Assembly (NCBI GenBank): GCA_963803435.1
Contig: CAWDML010000001.1
Span: 1,536,001-1,600,000, forward strand
Source of the DNA: an uncultured delta proteobacterium
GTDB taxonomy: Bacteria; Myxococcota; Kuafuiibacteriia; Kuafuiibacteriales; Kuafuiibacteriaceae
Direction: 5' to 3'
DNA: 64,000 bases
Positions within the stretch are counted from its first letter, which is position 1; each line of letters opens with the position of its first letter. Below are positions 37,106 to 48,063 of the stretch, one piece after another. The position numbers and the translations under genes were made by a program. Below the pieces are notes generated by a model, which was given only the letters and a program-made list of their open reading frames with translations, searched no databases and was not told the DNA's origin.

Positions 37106-38623
37106 TCACGATCGCCCGGCCTTCGATCCAAACTTTCGGCTCGGCTTCTTCCCCGCCTTCTTGGCACGGCGCGCGGCGGTGGCCGTCTTGGTCGCGTTGC
37201 GATCCGCCTGACGACGGCCCGGTTCAGAGCGTTCTTTCTCGTCCGTCCCCTTCTTGTGCGATCGATAGCCGACGAGCAGCGGCACACCGCTGAAGCCGTA
37301 CTCCTCACGGATCTTGTTGATCAGGAACCGCCGGTAGCTGAAGTGGATCCGCTCCGGATCGTTGACCGATACCTGAAAGCGCGGCGGCCTGACTCCGATC
37401 TGGCTGATGTAATAGATCTTCCCCGCCTTCCCTTTGCGGGATGGCGGCGGGTGGAACTTCATCAGGTCCTCGACGAATCGGTTCAGCTTCCCGGTGGTGA
37501 CGCGCTTCGTATATTCGTCGTGGACGCGCCGGATCGTCGGGATCAGCCGATCGATCCCGAAACCCGAGTGCGCGCTCGTGAAGACCACGGGCGCGTACGA
37601 CAGGTGCGGCACCTCGCTGCGGAGCTTCGCCTCGTAGTCCTTGCGTGCCTCGTCCTTCTGGAGCAGGTCCCACTTCGACACCACCAGGATGACCGCCTTG
37701 CCCTTCTCGAAGGCAAACGCCGAGACCTTCGCGTCCTGGTTGGCGGCGCCCTGCTCCGAGTCGATCAGGAGCAGCGCCACGTCCGATCGCTCGAGCCCCT
37801 TGAGCGCCGCGATCACGCTGAACCGCTCCACCCGCATCGCGATCGATCGCTTCCTGCGGATGCCCGCGGTGTCGATGAACAGGTACTCGCGCCCTTCGTG
37901 CTCGACCAGCGAGTCGATCGCGTCGATGGTCGTGCCCGGCACCTCCGACACCAGGTGCCGATCCTCTCCGAGCAGCCGGTTGACCAGCGACGATTTGCCG
38001 GAGTTCGGCCGCCCGATGACGGCCACTCGGATCGCCTGCGAGCCGCCGCTCGGATCCTCGCCGCTCTCGGGCGGCTCCTCGATGACGTGGAGGTCGCCCT
38101 CGCGCGTGGGGAGCGCTTCGACGATCCGTTCCTCGAGATCGATGATGTACCGGCCGTGGACTGCGCTGATCGGCACCGGCTCGCCGAGACCCAGCCGGTA
38201 GAACTCCGCCGCCAGCGGATCGTCCTTCGGGCCGTCGATCTTGTTCACGGCCGCCACCACGTGCTTCTCGCTCCGCCGCAGCAGATCCGCGATGTCGTGA
38301 TCCTCGGGCATCAAGCCCGCGTGGGCGTCGGTGAGAAACACCACGACGTCGGCCTCGTCGATGGCGAGCTGCGTCTGCTCCAGGACCCGCCGCATGATCG
38401 GGTCGGTGGTCTTCGGATCGAACCCGCCCGTGTCGACGAGGACGATCTCGATGCTTCCGTCGGGCCCGGTGAGCTCGGCGTCCGCGTAGATTCGGTCCCG
38501 CGTGACACCCGGCTGATCGGCCACGATGGAGCGCGCGCTCTGGATCAGGCGGTTGAACAGGCGGGACTTGCCGACGTTCGGCCTCCCCACGATGGCGATG
38601 ATCGGCTTCACCGCCTCGCTCAT
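37106..38623 (-). CDS. der: Ribosome biogenesis GTPase Der
   Basis: Two G-domains ([17 protein letters not shown]; DTGG, DTAG; NKID); C-terminal KH-like region with YRRFL. Confidence 0.96.
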   Translation of the reverse strand: MSEAVKPIIAIVGRPNVGKSRLFNRLIQSARSIVADQPGVTRDRIYADAELTGPDGSIEIVLVDTGGFDPKTTDPIMRRVLEQTQLAIDEADVVVFLTDAHAGLMPEDHDIADLLRRSEKHVVAAVNKIDGPKDDPLAAEFYRLGLGEPVPISAVHGRYIIDLEERIVEALPTREGDLHVIEEPPESGEDPSGGSQAIRVAVIGRPNSGKSSLVNRLLGEDRHLVSEVPGTTIDAIDSLVEHEGREYLFIDTAGIRRKRSIAMRVERFSVIAALKGLERSDVALLLIDSEQGAANQDAKVSAFAFEKGKAVILVVSKWDLLQKDEARKDYEAKLRSEVPHLSYAPVVFTSAHSGFGIDRLIPTIRRVHDEYTKRVTTGKLNRFVEDLMKFHPPPSRKGKAGKIYYISQIGVRPPRFQVSVNDPERIHFSYRRFLINKIREEYGFSGVPLLVGYRSHKKGTDEKERSEPGRRQADRNATKTATAARRAKKAGKKPSRKFGSKAGRS

Positions 38624-39666
38624 GGGTCCTCTCCCGATCCGATCACCTCGGCGATCACCGCCGGATCGATCCCGGTCTCGGCCGACTCCCCATAGCCCAG
38701 CTCACGCATCGCCCGGGCGTTCTCGCTCCACTTCTCGGCCACGCGCACCTCGAGATTGAGGAAGACCGGGGATTCGAGCAAGCGCTCCACGTCCTTACGC
38801 GCCCGGGTGCCGATCGCCTTCAGTCGCTCCCCGCCACGACCGATCACGATGCCCTTCTGGCTGTCTCGCTCCACGTGGATCGTCGCCAGGATCCGCACGA
38901 GCCGCGGCCGCTCGTCCTCGAACGCTTCGATGGTCACCGCCGCCGAGTAAGGCAGCTCCTCCTTGGTCTCGAGGATCACCTTCTCCCGGATGAACTCCGC
39001 CACCAGCGCTCGCTCGGGGGCGTCGACGATCCCGTCGGTGTCGTACAGCGCCGGGCCCTCGGGGAGCGCAGCCGCCAGCTCGCGCACCGCCTCCTCCAGC
39101 CCTTGCTTGGTCCGAGCGCAAGTCGGCACCACCGCCTTGAGGTGCTCGCCGAGCGCGCTCCGGTACCGCTCGATCTGGAACACGATCTTCCGCTTCTGCT
39201 TGACCGCGTCCGTCTTGTTCACCAGCAGCACGATCGGCTTCTGCGATCGCCCGATCACCTCGATCAGCCGCTCGTTCCCCGGCGTGATCTGGTCGTCCTC
39301 GCGCGCCTCGACGCAGTACGCGATCACGTCGGCCTCCTCGATCGCGAGCTCCGCCTGGCCGACCATGTAGCGGTTGAGGCGGCCCTTGGCCTCGTGATGG
39401 CCGGGCGTGTCGAGGATCAGGAGCTGCGCGCCGGGAGGATTGAGCATCCCGAGCAGGTTCTTCCGCGTGGTCTGCGGCTTGTGCGTGGCGGCGGCCACCT
39501 TCATGCCGAGGAGCTGATTGAGGATGGTCGACTTGCCTACGTTGGGACGACCGACCAGCGCCACGTAGCCACAGCGGAACACGGTGCCATCGCCGATCGC
39601 AGGCTCGATCGGGCGGCGCTCCGCGGGCACGACCTCCCGCGGCTCTCTACTCTTTCTTTTGCTCAT
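38620..39666 (-). CDS. era: GTPase Era
   Basis: [47 protein letters not shown]. Confidence 0.96.
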   Translation of the reverse strand: MSKRKSREPREVVPAERRPIEPAIGDGTVFRCGYVALVGRPNVGKSTILNQLLGMKVAAATHKPQTTRKNLLGMLNPPGAQLLILDTPGHHEAKGRLNRYMVGQAELAIEEADVIAYCVEAREDDQITPGNERLIEVIGRSQKPIVLLVNKTDAVKQKRKIVFQIERYRSALGEHLKAVVPTCARTKQGLEEAVRELAAALPEGPALYDTDGIVDAPERALVAEFIREKVILETKEELPYSAAVTIEAFEDERPRLVRILATIHVERDSQKGIVIGRGGERLKAIGTRARKDVERLLESPVFLNLEVRVAEKWSENARAMRELGYGESAETGIDPAVIAEVIGSGEDP

Positions 39667-40312
39667 GGCGATACACGGTGACCTTCTCGATCACCACCGG
39701 CTGCTCGGCACGCGCGATTGCGTACACGACGTCGAGACCCGCGACCACCTGCCCGAACACCGGATGCACTCCGTCCAGATGCGGCAGCGGCACCTCCGTG
39801 ATGAAGAACTGCGAGCCGTTGGTGTCCTTGCCCGCGTTCACCATCGAGACCACGCCGGGCCTGTCGTGGTGGAGGTCGGGATGGATCTCGTCGTCGACGA
39901 CGTAGCCGGGGCCTCCCCGTCCATCGCCGCGCGGGCAGCCGCCCTGGATCATGAACTTCGGGATCCGCCGGTGAAACGTCAGCCCATCATAGAACGGTCG
40001 CTTTACCCACTCGCCGGTCTTCGAGTCCTTGAACTTCCTCGTCCCGCGCGCGAGCCCCACGAAGTTGGCGACGGTGTTCGGAACCTCGTGCTCGTATAGA
40101 TGGATCTGGATCGCGCCCACCGCCGTGTCGAGCTTCGCGTAGAGGTCGCCCTCTCCAGTCAGGCCGGCGGTGGCCTCCGCGAGCGAAAACGGCTCCCCCT
40201 TGGGCGGCGCAGCGCCCGCGCGCGAGATCGGACAGACAGAGAGGCCGGCGAGGAGCCCGAACAACGCGCGGGACCGGCCGGCCATGGCGCGCACCATGGC
40301 CAACCAGCGCAT
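39647..40312 (-). CDS. Cyclophilin-type peptidyl-prolyl isomerase, exported
   Basis: [51 protein letters not shown]. Confidence 0.93.
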   Translation of the reverse strand: MRWLAMVRAMAGRSRALFGLLAGLSVCPISRAGAAPPKGEPFSLAEATAGLTGEGDLYAKLDTAVGAIQIHLYEHEVPNTVANFVGLARGTRKFKDSKTGEWVKRPFYDGLTFHRRIPKFMIQGGCPRGDGRGGPGYVVDDEIHPDLHHDRPGVVSMVNAGKDTNGSQFFITEVPLPHLDGVHPVFGQVVAGLDVVYAIARAEQPVVIEKVTVYRHEQKKE

Positions 40313-40317
40313 GCCGG

Positions 40318-41022
40318 TCAACTTCCGTCGCCCTCGTCCCCGAGCAGATGCGCGGCGGCGCTCTGCTCCGCCTCTTTCTTCGTGCGGCCTTCCCCGCGGC
40401 TCTTCACCTCGCCGGCGATCACGAGCTCGACCTCGAACACCTTGTCGTGGTCCGGGCCGGTCTCCCCGATCACGCGATACGTCGGCGTGATGTGCAGCTC
40501 CGCCTGAATGCGCTGCTGGAGCTCCGTCTTGGGATCGAACTTTCCCAGCTCGAGGTTCTCGGGGAAGTCGAACCAGGGGAGGAGGACCTGCGTGGCCCGC
40601 TCCAACCCGGCGTCCAGATAGACCGCCGCGATCACCGCCTCGAATGCGTCCGAGAGGATCGACGGCTTCGTGCGTCCCCCCGACATCTCTTCGCCCCGGC
40701 CGAGCCGGACGGCCTCGCCCAGTCGCAGCTTGTCGGCGATCCGCGCCAGTCCGCCCTCGCTGACGACGGTAGCGCGCATCTTCGAGAGCGGCCCCTCGCG
40801 CGCCTCCGGGAAGCGCGCCATCAGCTCCGCGGACACGATGAGGTCGATGACGGCGTCGCCCAGGAACTCGAAGCGCTCGTTGTCCGGCACCGGCTCGGTG
40901 CACTCGTTGACATACGAGCGATGCGTGAGCGCCTGCGTCAGCAGCTCGGGATCGCGGAAGCGATGTCCGAGGGCGTCCATCAGCCGGACCGCGGGGTCGT
41001 GGCTCTCGCCCGCCTCGCTCAT
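40318..41022 (-). CDS. rnc: Ribonuclease III
   Basis: [32 protein letters not shown]; dsRBD with DPKTELQ...GPDH...KKEAEQ. Confidence 0.97.
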   Translation of the reverse strand: MSEAGESHDPAVRLMDALGHRFRDPELLTQALTHRSYVNECTEPVPDNERFEFLGDAVIDLIVSAELMARFPEAREGPLSKMRATVVSEGGLARIADKLRLGEAVRLGRGEEMSGGRTKPSILSDAFEAVIAAVYLDAGLERATQVLLPWFDFPENLELGKFDPKTELQQRIQAELHITPTYRVIGETGPDHDKVFEVELVIAGEVKSRGEGRTKKEAEQSAAAHLLGDEGDGS

Positions 41023-42170
41023 CCGATCGCCTCGTCGATCCACCCGCCACCGATCACCTCTTCACCCCGGTAGAACACGGCGGCCTGTCCCGGCGCGACG
41101 GCCCGCACCGGCTGTTCGAAGTCGACCCGCGCCCGATCGCACCCGACCGGCGTCACGATCGCGTCGGCTCCGGCGGACCGATAGCGGATGCGCACGCTGA
41201 CCCGGACCGGTCCTTCGGGCGCGCCGGCAGGCCAGGTGACCCGCGACGCCACCAGACCTCGCTTCATCAGCGACACGGCCGGACCGACGGTGATCGCGCG
41301 TTGCTCGGCGTCGATCGCGAGCACGTGGAGCGGCGAGCGGGCACCTCCGATTCCGATGCCCTTGCGCTGTCCGATCGTGAAGCCCATGACGCCGTCGTGG
41401 CGGCCAAGCTGGTTGCCCGCCTCGTCGCGGATGACGCCCGAGTGATCGCCGGCGGCCTCGGGCTGGCGCATCACGAACCTTCCCGCGCCGGCACCGCCGA
41501 CGAAGCACACCTCCTGGCTCTCGAGCTTGTGCGCCACCGGGAGCCCGGCGGCGAGCGCCCTCGCGCGCACGGCCGCCTTCGTCATCCCGCCCACCGGAAA
41601 GACGAGCTGCCGGAGGATCGACGGCGCGGTCGCGAAGAGGAAGTAGGACTGATCCTTCTGGGCGTCGGCGCCGGCGAACAGACGCCCGGCGGCGTCGAGG
41701 CGCGCATAGTGACCGGTGCCCAGCGCCTCACAGCCCAGGATCCGCGCGCGCCGCGCCAGCCTCGCCAGCTTCACGAAGCTGTTGCAGCCGACGCAGGGGT
41801 TCGGCGTCCGGCCGTCGAGATAGGCGCCGACGAACGGCCGCACCACGCCGGCGGCGAACGCGGCCCGGCCGTCGATCACGTAGAAGGGCATGTCGAGGGT
41901 CTCGGCGACCCGGCGGGCATCCTGGAGATCGTCGGGGGGACAGCACGCGCGCGGGGCCAGCGGATGATCCGGTTCGGGATCGTGGAGCCGGAGCGCCAGG
42001 CCGATCACCTCGGCGCCGGCTTCGACCAGAAGAAGCGCTGCGACCGCGGAGTCGACGCCGCCCGACAGCGCGACGGCCACGCGCCGGCCGCGGAAGCGCT
42101 CGAGCGAAACCTCAGGCGGTGGCGATGCCGCCCTGGTCCTCGTCGTCGCCGAATTCGTCGTTGTCGTCAT
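41019..42170 (-). CDS. mnmA: tRNA-specific 2-thiouridylase
   Basis: [55 protein letters not shown]. Start uncertain (ATG 42170 inside ihfB, or GTG 42080). Confidence 0.93.
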   Translation of the reverse strand: MTTTTNSATTRTRAASPPPEVSLERFRGRRVAVALSGGVDSAVAALLLVEAGAEVIGLALRLHDPEPDHPLAPRACCPPDDLQDARRVAETLDMPFYVIDGRAAFAAGVVRPFVGAYLDGRTPNPCVGCNSFVKLARLARRARILGCEALGTGHYARLDAAGRLFAGADAQKDQSYFLFATAPSILRQLVFPVGGMTKAAVRARALAAGLPVAHKLESQEVCFVGGAGAGRFVMRQPEAAGDHSGVIRDEAGNQLGRHDGVMGFTIGQRKGIGIGGARSPLHVLAIDAEQRAITVGPAVSLMKRGLVASRVTWPAGAPEGPVRVSVRIRYRSAGADAIVTPVGCDRARVDFEQPVRAVAPGQAAVFYRGEEVIGGGWIDEAIG

Positions 42171-42534
42171 CGTCGTCGAAGTCGGCGTGTCCGTTCTCTG
42201 CGCCGTTCTGGGCGTTGCCCGACTCGTCGTAGCGCGCGCTCATGCCGCGCGCATTGGGCGGGTAGTCGACGCGCTCCTTGAGCTCCTTGCCAACCTTAAA
42301 GAAGGGCAGACGTTTCGCTGGAACGTGGATGGTTTCCCCAGTTCTGGGGTTCCGTCCGGTGTACGCGTCGTATGACTTGCTGGTGAAGCTGCCAAACCCG
42401 CGAATCTCGATGCGTTCCCCTCGCTTCAACGCTTGGGTCATCTGATCGAACACGAGATTGACCACCTGCTCGGCCCGCTTCTTCGTGATCTTCGCTCGTT
42501 CCGCAAGCTTCTCGACCAGTTCCGATTTATTCAT
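42112..42534 (-). CDS. ihfB: Integration host factor beta / HU family protein with acidic tail
   Basis: MNKSELV, ERIEIRGFGSF, GRNPRTGE, PFFKVGKELKERVD; tail [16 protein letters not shown]. Confidence 0.85.
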   Translation of the reverse strand: MNKSELVEKLAERAKITKKRAEQVVNLVFDQMTQALKRGERIEIRGFGSFTSKSYDAYTGRNPRTGETIHVPAKRLPFFKVGKELKERVDYPPNARGMSARYDESGNAQNGAENGHADFDDDDDNDEFGDDEDQGGIATA

Positions 42535-42577
42535 GCTTCACCCTGGGTGGTCCCCCAGACCCACGTCTGTGAGCCGA

Positions 42578-42651
42578 TGCTCCCGACAGGACTCGAACCT
42601 GTGGCCTACGGTTTAGGAAACCGTCGCTCTATCCAGCTGAGCTACGGGAGC
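42578..42651 (-). tRNA. tRNA-Arg (anticodon CCT), CCA not encoded
   Basis: Minus strand reads GCTCCCG-TAGCTCAGCTGGATAGAGCG-ACGGT-TTCCTAA-ACCGT-AGGCC-ACAGGTTCGAGTCCTGT-CGGGAGC-A; full cloverleaf. Confidence 0.96.
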
Positions 42652-42723
42652 ACACCCCCGGGTTCGTAAGTAGCCCGGGCCGAAAGTGCTGTCAATACCA
42701 CCACATAGGACCGGTCCTCGTAA

Positions 42724-43452
42724 TCATGGTAGCAGCACCCGGGGATTCACTACTTTTTGACCCTGTCGCACCTCAAAGTGCACCTCGGGAGAGGCGGATC
42801 CGCCGGAAATTCCAACGAGTCCCACCACATCCCCCGCCGCCACCCGGGTCCCCTCGGCGACGCAGTTCTTCGCGTTGTGGGCGTAGATCGAGACCCGATC
42901 GCCGTCGTGCTGGAGGATGACCAAGGTCCCATACCCTTCCTGCTCGCCGGCGAAGACGACGACCCCGGCCCGCGCCGCCCAGATCGGCGTCCCCTGCGGC
43001 GCCGCGATCTCGATCCCGTCCTTTCGCTCCACCACCACGCCGTCCACCGGCCAGATCCATCCGGACTTCGAAGGCTTTGCGTCCGCGCGAGGCGCGTCGC
43101 CACACGCCCCCACCGGCGGCGGCGCTGGATGCTCCAGCGGATCCTTCGTCGGCGGCGCGTCGGCGGCCGACCGCGCCAGGTCCTCGGTGGGCACGCGCGC
43201 GTCCGAGGGGATCACGATCGTCTGACCGACGGCGATCTTTGTCGGATCGTCGAGATCATTCACCTTTGCGATCGCGTCCACCGTGACACCCCATCGCTGG
43301 GCGATCCGGTAGAGGTTCTCCTTCGGCTGGACGCGGTAGAAGCGCGGCGCCGGCGGCGGCGCACGCGGCGGCGCGGGCGGCGGCGGACCTGCGACCCGAT
43401 GCGGTCCGCACGACGCCACCAGCAGCACACCGAAGAGGAACGTGCTTCTCAC
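42724..43452 (-). CDS. nlpD: LysM + degenerate M23 lipoprotein (NlpD-like)
   Basis: Lipobox VASC; LysM YRVQPKENLYRIA...IAVGQTIVIP; M23 WIWPVDG...GYGTLVILQH...YAHN...HFEVR with Zn ligands lost; directly downstream of surE. Confidence 0.8.
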   Translation of the reverse strand: MRSTFLFGVLLVASCGPHRVAGPPPPAPPRAPPPAPRFYRVQPKENLYRIAQRWGVTVDAIAKVNDLDDPTKIAVGQTIVIPSDARVPTEDLARSAADAPPTKDPLEHPAPPPVGACGDAPRADAKPSKSGWIWPVDGVVVERKDGIEIAAPQGTPIWAARAGVVVFAGEQEGYGTLVILQHDGDRVSIYAHNAKNCVAEGTRVAAGDVVGLVGISGGSASPEVHFEVRQGQKVVNPRVLLP

Positions 43453-44258
43453 TCGATCGGCCACAGCTCCAGATCGGCCGGCGGCGCGACGGTCTCCACC
43501 CGCTCCACGCCCGGCAGCTCGATCCGACCCAGCTCGTTCTTGAGCGCTCGGACGTTCGTCATGTCGACGATCAGCGGCGTCACCGAGATGATGCCGTCCG
43601 CGACCGCGTTGCAGTCGCTCCCGGGAATGTCGCGAGGCTCCGCCGGTTCCCCGCCAATCCAGTAGTAAGGCCGACCGCGGGGATCGCTCCGGCTCTCGAC
43701 CGAGTGCTTGAAGAGCCGGTGCCCGAGGAACGTCGTCTGGAAGCGCGTCGGCCGGCCTCCAGGGACGTTGATGTTCAGCGCGCTCGTCCCCGGCAGCCCG
43801 AACTCGAGGACGTGCCGGGCGATCCGCACGGTGAACTCGGCCGCCAGCTCGAAGCTCCCGCTGCCCGGATCGGTCAGCGACACCGCGATGGACGGAAGGC
43901 CGAGGAGCGTCCCCTCGAGCGCGCCCCCGACGGTGCCGGAGTAATGGACGTCGAAGCTGAGGTTCGGCCCTGCGTTGACCCCGGAGAGGACCAGGGCCGG
44001 GCGGCGCTCGAGGAGCCCATGGACCGCGAGGTACACGCAGTCGGCCGGGGTCCCCTCGGTCTGGAACCACCCCGGGCGAACCTCGGTGCACCGGAGCGGA
44101 GCCATCAGGCTGATCATGTGGGAGACACCCGAGCGATTGCGATCCGGAGCGAACACGACCACTTCGCCCAGATCGTGCGCCGCCTCTGCGAGCGCTTCGA
44201 TCCCGCGTGCGGTGACGCCATCGTCATTCGTCACCAGGATCAACGGGCGTTCGGCCAT
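43449..44258 (-). CDS. surE: 5'/3'-nucleotidase SurE
   Basis: ILVTNDDG, APDRNRSG, GTPADCV, SGVNAGPN, YSGTVGGA, DPRGRPYYW. Confidence 0.96.
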   Translation of the reverse strand: MAERPLILVTNDDGVTARGIEALAEAAHDLGEVVVFAPDRNRSGVSHMISLMAPLRCTEVRPGWFQTEGTPADCVYLAVHGLLERRPALVLSGVNAGPNLSFDVHYSGTVGGALEGTLLGLPSIAVSLTDPGSGSFELAAEFTVRIARHVLEFGLPGTSALNINVPGGRPTRFQTTFLGHRLFKHSVESRSDPRGRPYYWIGGEPAEPRDIPGSDCNAVADGIISVTPLIVDMTNVRALKNELGRIELPGVERVETVAPPADLELWPIE

Positions 44259-44316
44259 GCCGCGGACGTATCGCTCGCATCGGACAATGGCAAGCTGCTA
44301 ACTTCCCAGGACCCGC

Positions 44317-46188
44317 ATGAGGGGCGCGCTCGTTTCCTTGGTCGTGTTGTCGTCCGCCTGTACGGATCGGGGCACACCCGCCACGCTCCGCGCGCCCGGA
44401 ATCTTGCGCCGCGCCCTCACCGCGGTCGGCGAGCTCGAGGCCACCGCCGAGCTGGTCCCCGACGGCGGCGAGCCCGCCCCCGGCGTCCCGCTCGCGCGCG
44501 GTGACGACCAGATCTCCTTCACCGGATTCATCGACGCCGCACCGGGCACGTACACGCTCGAGATCGTGTTCACCGGCGTGGCCCGCGGCGGCAGCGACCG
44601 CCTGTTCCTCGGACGATGGCCCTCGGACACCTTCACGGTGACGCTGGGCGACACCGTCTCTCCGACGTTCTCGCGGCCCCTCGACACGATCGGCCGCCCG
44701 GGAGACGGCGGCGACACGGACGCCGACGGGCTCGGGCTCCTCGACGAGATCCTCTGGGGCGCCGATCCGACGGCCAGCGACAGCGACGGCGACGGCCTCC
44801 GGGACGGATCCGACTGCGACCCGATCGATCCGGCACGCACGTACCCGATCGCGGCCGGTGGATCGATCGAGGACTGCGACGCGGACGGCGCGCTGCGGAT
44901 GGACATCCCGTACAAGCCCGGCGGCACCGACTGCGACGACCGCGACCCCGCCAAGCAGACCTGCCCGATCGACGACCGCGAGGGTCCGTCGATCACGATC
45001 CTCGATCCCACGCCGGACGAGACCGTCGGCTGCCACCGGCGCATCCGCGCGCGCATCACCGATCCCTCGGGCGTGGACACGAAGGAGGCCCGCTTCGTCA
45101 GCGCCGGACTCTCGATCGAGGCGACGATCCCGATGCGCCCCGATCAGAACGACGAGTACATCACGAACCAGTTCGACCTCGTCACCGACTATTGGCTCGA
45201 GGACGGCCTGCAGCGCTATCAGGTCCGCGCCAGCGATCTGCGCGGCAACACCAGCACCGCCAGCGCCCAGCTGACCTTCGCCCTCGAGGTCCCCACCGTC
45301 ACGATGCAACCGGCGGCGATCGGCCGGCTCGATCTCCCGCTCGACGTGCGCATCGACGCGAGCGCCTCGCGCGGGATCGCCGAGATCGTCCTGATGCGTG
45401 CGCCCTGGATCGCCGGCATGGACGTGGATCGATCGCTCGAGGTCGAGATCGGACGCGCTCCCGCCAGCCCGGCCTCGATCCGGATCGATCCGACGATGAT
45501 CCCCGAGGGCCGCTACGCCGTCTACGCCATCGTCACGGACAGTGTGGGCAACAAGAACAAGCCGAGCGCGACCTTCGATCCCTCCGGAGGCGCCACCGAC
45601 GCCGACTTCCTCTGCATCTTCGACTCTGGCAGCGGCAACGTCCCCGTCCGCGAGCTGGTGATCGGCACGCCGATGATCCCGCCCGGCAAGGAGCCGGCCA
45701 GGATGAAGGACCACCTCGACGAGGCCATCGCGGAGGCCGCCGCGGTCGATCCGAACGCGCGCCTGGTCGAGATCCGCGGCTGGGGCATGGAGCCCGACGG
45801 CCGCATCCGCCTCGACGACGCGGTCGGCGGTGACGGCAAGTGGTGGCGCTACGAGTTCCTCGACGCCGCCGAGATGCGGCACGTCCAGGTGACCTGGTAC
45901 TCGGCGGCCTCGGACACCGACAACCCCGAGGTCGTCGTCGACGAGGGCTACGTCTTCACGCCCTCGCCCATCGCCGCCGATCCGCACGACCTGGTGGACA
46001 GCGACGTCGCCGCCGCCGCGTTCCTCGCCGCAGGATGCCCCGCGCTTGTCGGCGACATGAACGACGACATCCGCTACCTCAGCGATCTCCCGTTCACCTC
46101 CAACGACGTCATCCGGATCGCCGTCGGCGACACGGAGTGGAAGGCCACCTCGACCCTCCCGATCACCGAGATCTGGGCCTGCCCTTAG
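44317..46188 (+). CDS. Multidomain lipoprotein with DxDxDG calcium-binding-like repeats and Ig-like domains
   Basis: Signal MRGALVSLVVLSSAC; DTDADGL...DSDGDGLRDGSDCDP, DCDADG, DCDDRDP; Ig-like GPSITILDP...YQVRASDLRGN. Confidence 0.72.
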   Translation: MRGALVSLVVLSSACTDRGTPATLRAPGILRRALTAVGELEATAELVPDGGEPAPGVPLARGDDQISFTGFIDAAPGTYTLEIVFTGVARGGSDRLFLGRWPSDTFTVTLGDTVSPTFSRPLDTIGRPGDGGDTDADGLGLLDEILWGADPTASDSDGDGLRDGSDCDPIDPARTYPIAAGGSIEDCDADGALRMDIPYKPGGTDCDDRDPAKQTCPIDDREGPSITILDPTPDETVGCHRRIRARITDPSGVDTKEARFVSAGLSIEATIPMRPDQNDEYITNQFDLVTDYWLEDGLQRYQVRASDLRGNTSTASAQLTFALEVPTVTMQPAAIGRLDLPLDVRIDASASRGIAEIVLMRAPWIAGMDVDRSLEVEIGRAPASPASIRIDPTMIPEGRYAVYAIVTDSVGNKNKPSATFDPSGGATDADFLCIFDSGSGNVPVRELVIGTPMIPPGKEPARMKDHLDEAIAEAAAVDPNARLVEIRGWGMEPDGRIRLDDAVGGDGKWWRYEFLDAAEMRHVQVTWYSAASDTDNPEVVVDEGYVFTPSPIAADPHDLVDSDVAAAAFLAAGCPALVGDMNDDIRYLSDLPFTSNDVIRIAVGDTEWKATSTLPITEIWACP

Positions 46189-46191
46189 TAC

Positions 46192-46204
46192 ATATGGAAC
46201 GACC
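46192..46204 (+). repeat. Left subterminal inverted repeat ATATGGAACGACC
   Basis: Perfect reverse complement of 48051-48063. Confidence 0.9.
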
Positions 46205-46386
46205 GCGCCCGGTCGCGAGGCCGGCGAAGGAGCACGGTCGTGCCACGGGTACAGCGGAAGTGCGAAAAGTCGCGGGCGCGAGTAGCGCAGAAGAAAAATA
46301 GGACCGGCCCCGGATCGCAAATCGGGCCTAAGCCATCGCGGGTTGGCGTCGGTGAACGCCAGAGCCGCATACGAAGGAGGCCGGTC

Positions 46387-47745
46387 GTGCAGCAAGTTAC
46401 CACGTTCGTCGGACTGGATACATCGAAGGAGTTCATCGACGTCTGCGTGCTTCGTCCGGATCGAGGGAGCGATCCAGTGGCGCGAGCCCAGCCAAGCCAA
46501 GGCGGTGAAGCGCCTGATCAAGCGGCTCAAGGGGGAGGCGGTGCTTGGGGACCTGGTGGTTTGCTACGAAGCGGGACCGTGCGGTTACGCGCTTCAGCGG
46601 CAGTTTCAGGCGGCGGAGGTGAGGTGCAAGGTCATCGCGCCATCGTTGATTCCGGTGAAACCGGGAGAACGGATCAAGACCGATCGTCGTGACGCCAAGA
46701 AGCTGGCTGAGTACCTGCGCGCCGGAACGTTGACGGAGGTCCATCCACCGAACGAGGCGGAGGAAGCCGTGCGAGATCTCTGTCGCTGTCGCGAAGACGT
46801 TCGCGAAGATCTCCATGGCGCGCGGCATCGTCTGGGGAAGTTGCTGTTGCGCCGAGCGCTCCAATTCGATGGCAAGGCGTGGACCCAGCGACATCGAAAG
46901 TGGCTTCGCACGCTTCGCTTCGAGCACGAGGCCGATCAGACGGTGTTCGACCACTACCTCCAGGTGATCGAGAGCTTCGAGGAACGGCAGCGCGCGCTGG
47001 AGGAGAAGCTGAAGACGCTGAGCGAGAAGGAGCCGTATCGAGAGCCGGTCGGCTGGCTGCGTTGCTACCGAGGGATCGACACGGTGACCGCCAGACCATT
47101 GTTGCCGAGCTGCACGGCGTCCAGCGGTTCCCGTCGGCGCGCGCGTTGATGTGCTATCTCGGTCTTGTGCCGGGTGAAGAGTCGACGGGAGGAAAGGCGC
47201 GCCGTCGAGGGATCACCAAGACCGGCAACCGTCATCTGCGGCGCCTGTTGATCGAGACGTCGTGGCACTACCGTCATCGACCCAGCGCGAGTCCGAAGCT
47301 ACGGAAGCGGCGCGAGAATCAACCGGCCTGGGCGATCGCGCAGGCGGATCGGGCGCAGGATAGGTTGCATCGGCGCTACTGGAAGCTGGTGAACCTGACC
47401 AAGCCGCATACGAAGGCGGTGGTCGCAGTCGCGCGCGAGCTCGCCGGCTTCATCTGGGCGACGCTCTGTCATTCCGAGACCGTCGAGCTGCGCGAACCGA
47501 GGCGCAAGAAGGGTGCGCCGATCGCGAGCGGAGCCGCCGTGCTCGAGGAGGCACGAAGCATGCCGCGTAGAGTGCCACGGTCGACCGGCTGGCCGACGGA
47601 GCGCTGTGCTCCTGGCGAAGGGGCTCCGGCGGGGCGACCCTTTTGGGGATGTCGCTCTTCCCGCCTCCGCCCTGAGGCGGCCAGCCTCTGCTTCGAGCAA
47701 TGCGAAGCGCGGAGCTCCGTTCGTTGGAGACGCCGCGCAAGCTAA
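46387..47745 (+). CDS. IS110 family transposase / recombinase (two frame breaks, ~46460 and ~47093)
   Basis: SD AGGAGG then GTG start FVGLDTSK; CYEAGPCGY, KTDRRDA (DEDD RuvC-like domain); YLGLVPGEESTG, ITKTGN, VAVARELAGFIWA. Confidence 0.9.
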
Positions 47746-47789
47746 CCTGCAATCGAGAGAAGCAACGACGGAGGTTTCAGAGGGCGAAG

Positions 47790-47990
47790 GAGGTCAACGG
47801 GTACGATCCGGAGGGTGCGCGACCTAACACTGCGACACGGGAGCCGTGCTCCCCGGACTCGCGAACTTAGACTGCGCTGCCTCCCGACGGAGTACGGTCA
47901 TGCTGGGCTCTGCTCGGGCGATGCTCGAGTAATCCGCGAATATCAGAGTGACTCGTCGTCGAAGCGCCCCCGATCTCGTTCGTCCTCTGG
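47790..47990 (+). ncRNA. Candidate bridge/seek RNA in the IS110 right non-coding end
   Basis: Contains CTTAG (47866-47870), identical to the left target flank 46184-46188, and ATATCAG (47940-47946), identical to the element end 48060-48066. Boundaries are approximate. Confidence 0.6.
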
Positions 47991-48050
47991 AGCCTCCGTC
48001 CTCAGCAAGAAGAACGGAGCTCCGAACGTGACGTAGGAGCCTTGACAAGG

Positions 48051-48063
48051 GGTCGTTCCATAT
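48051..48063 (+). repeat. Right subterminal inverted repeat GGTCGTTCCATAT
   Basis: Perfect reverse complement of 46192-46204. Confidence 0.9.

Noticed and set aside
42578-42651. tRNA-Arg as integration site of a genomic island
   Set aside because: No integrase and no duplicated tRNA 3' end seen; both flanks are core genes.
42724-43452. Loss of M23 zinc ligands as a novelty
   Set aside because: Degenerate M23 domains are normal for NlpD/EnvC-type amidase activators, and the surE-nlpD order is common.
46440-47110. Programmed ribosomal frameshifting in the transposase
   Set aside because: No slippery sequence, IS110 transposases are single ORFs, and similar single-base breaks occur throughout the window.
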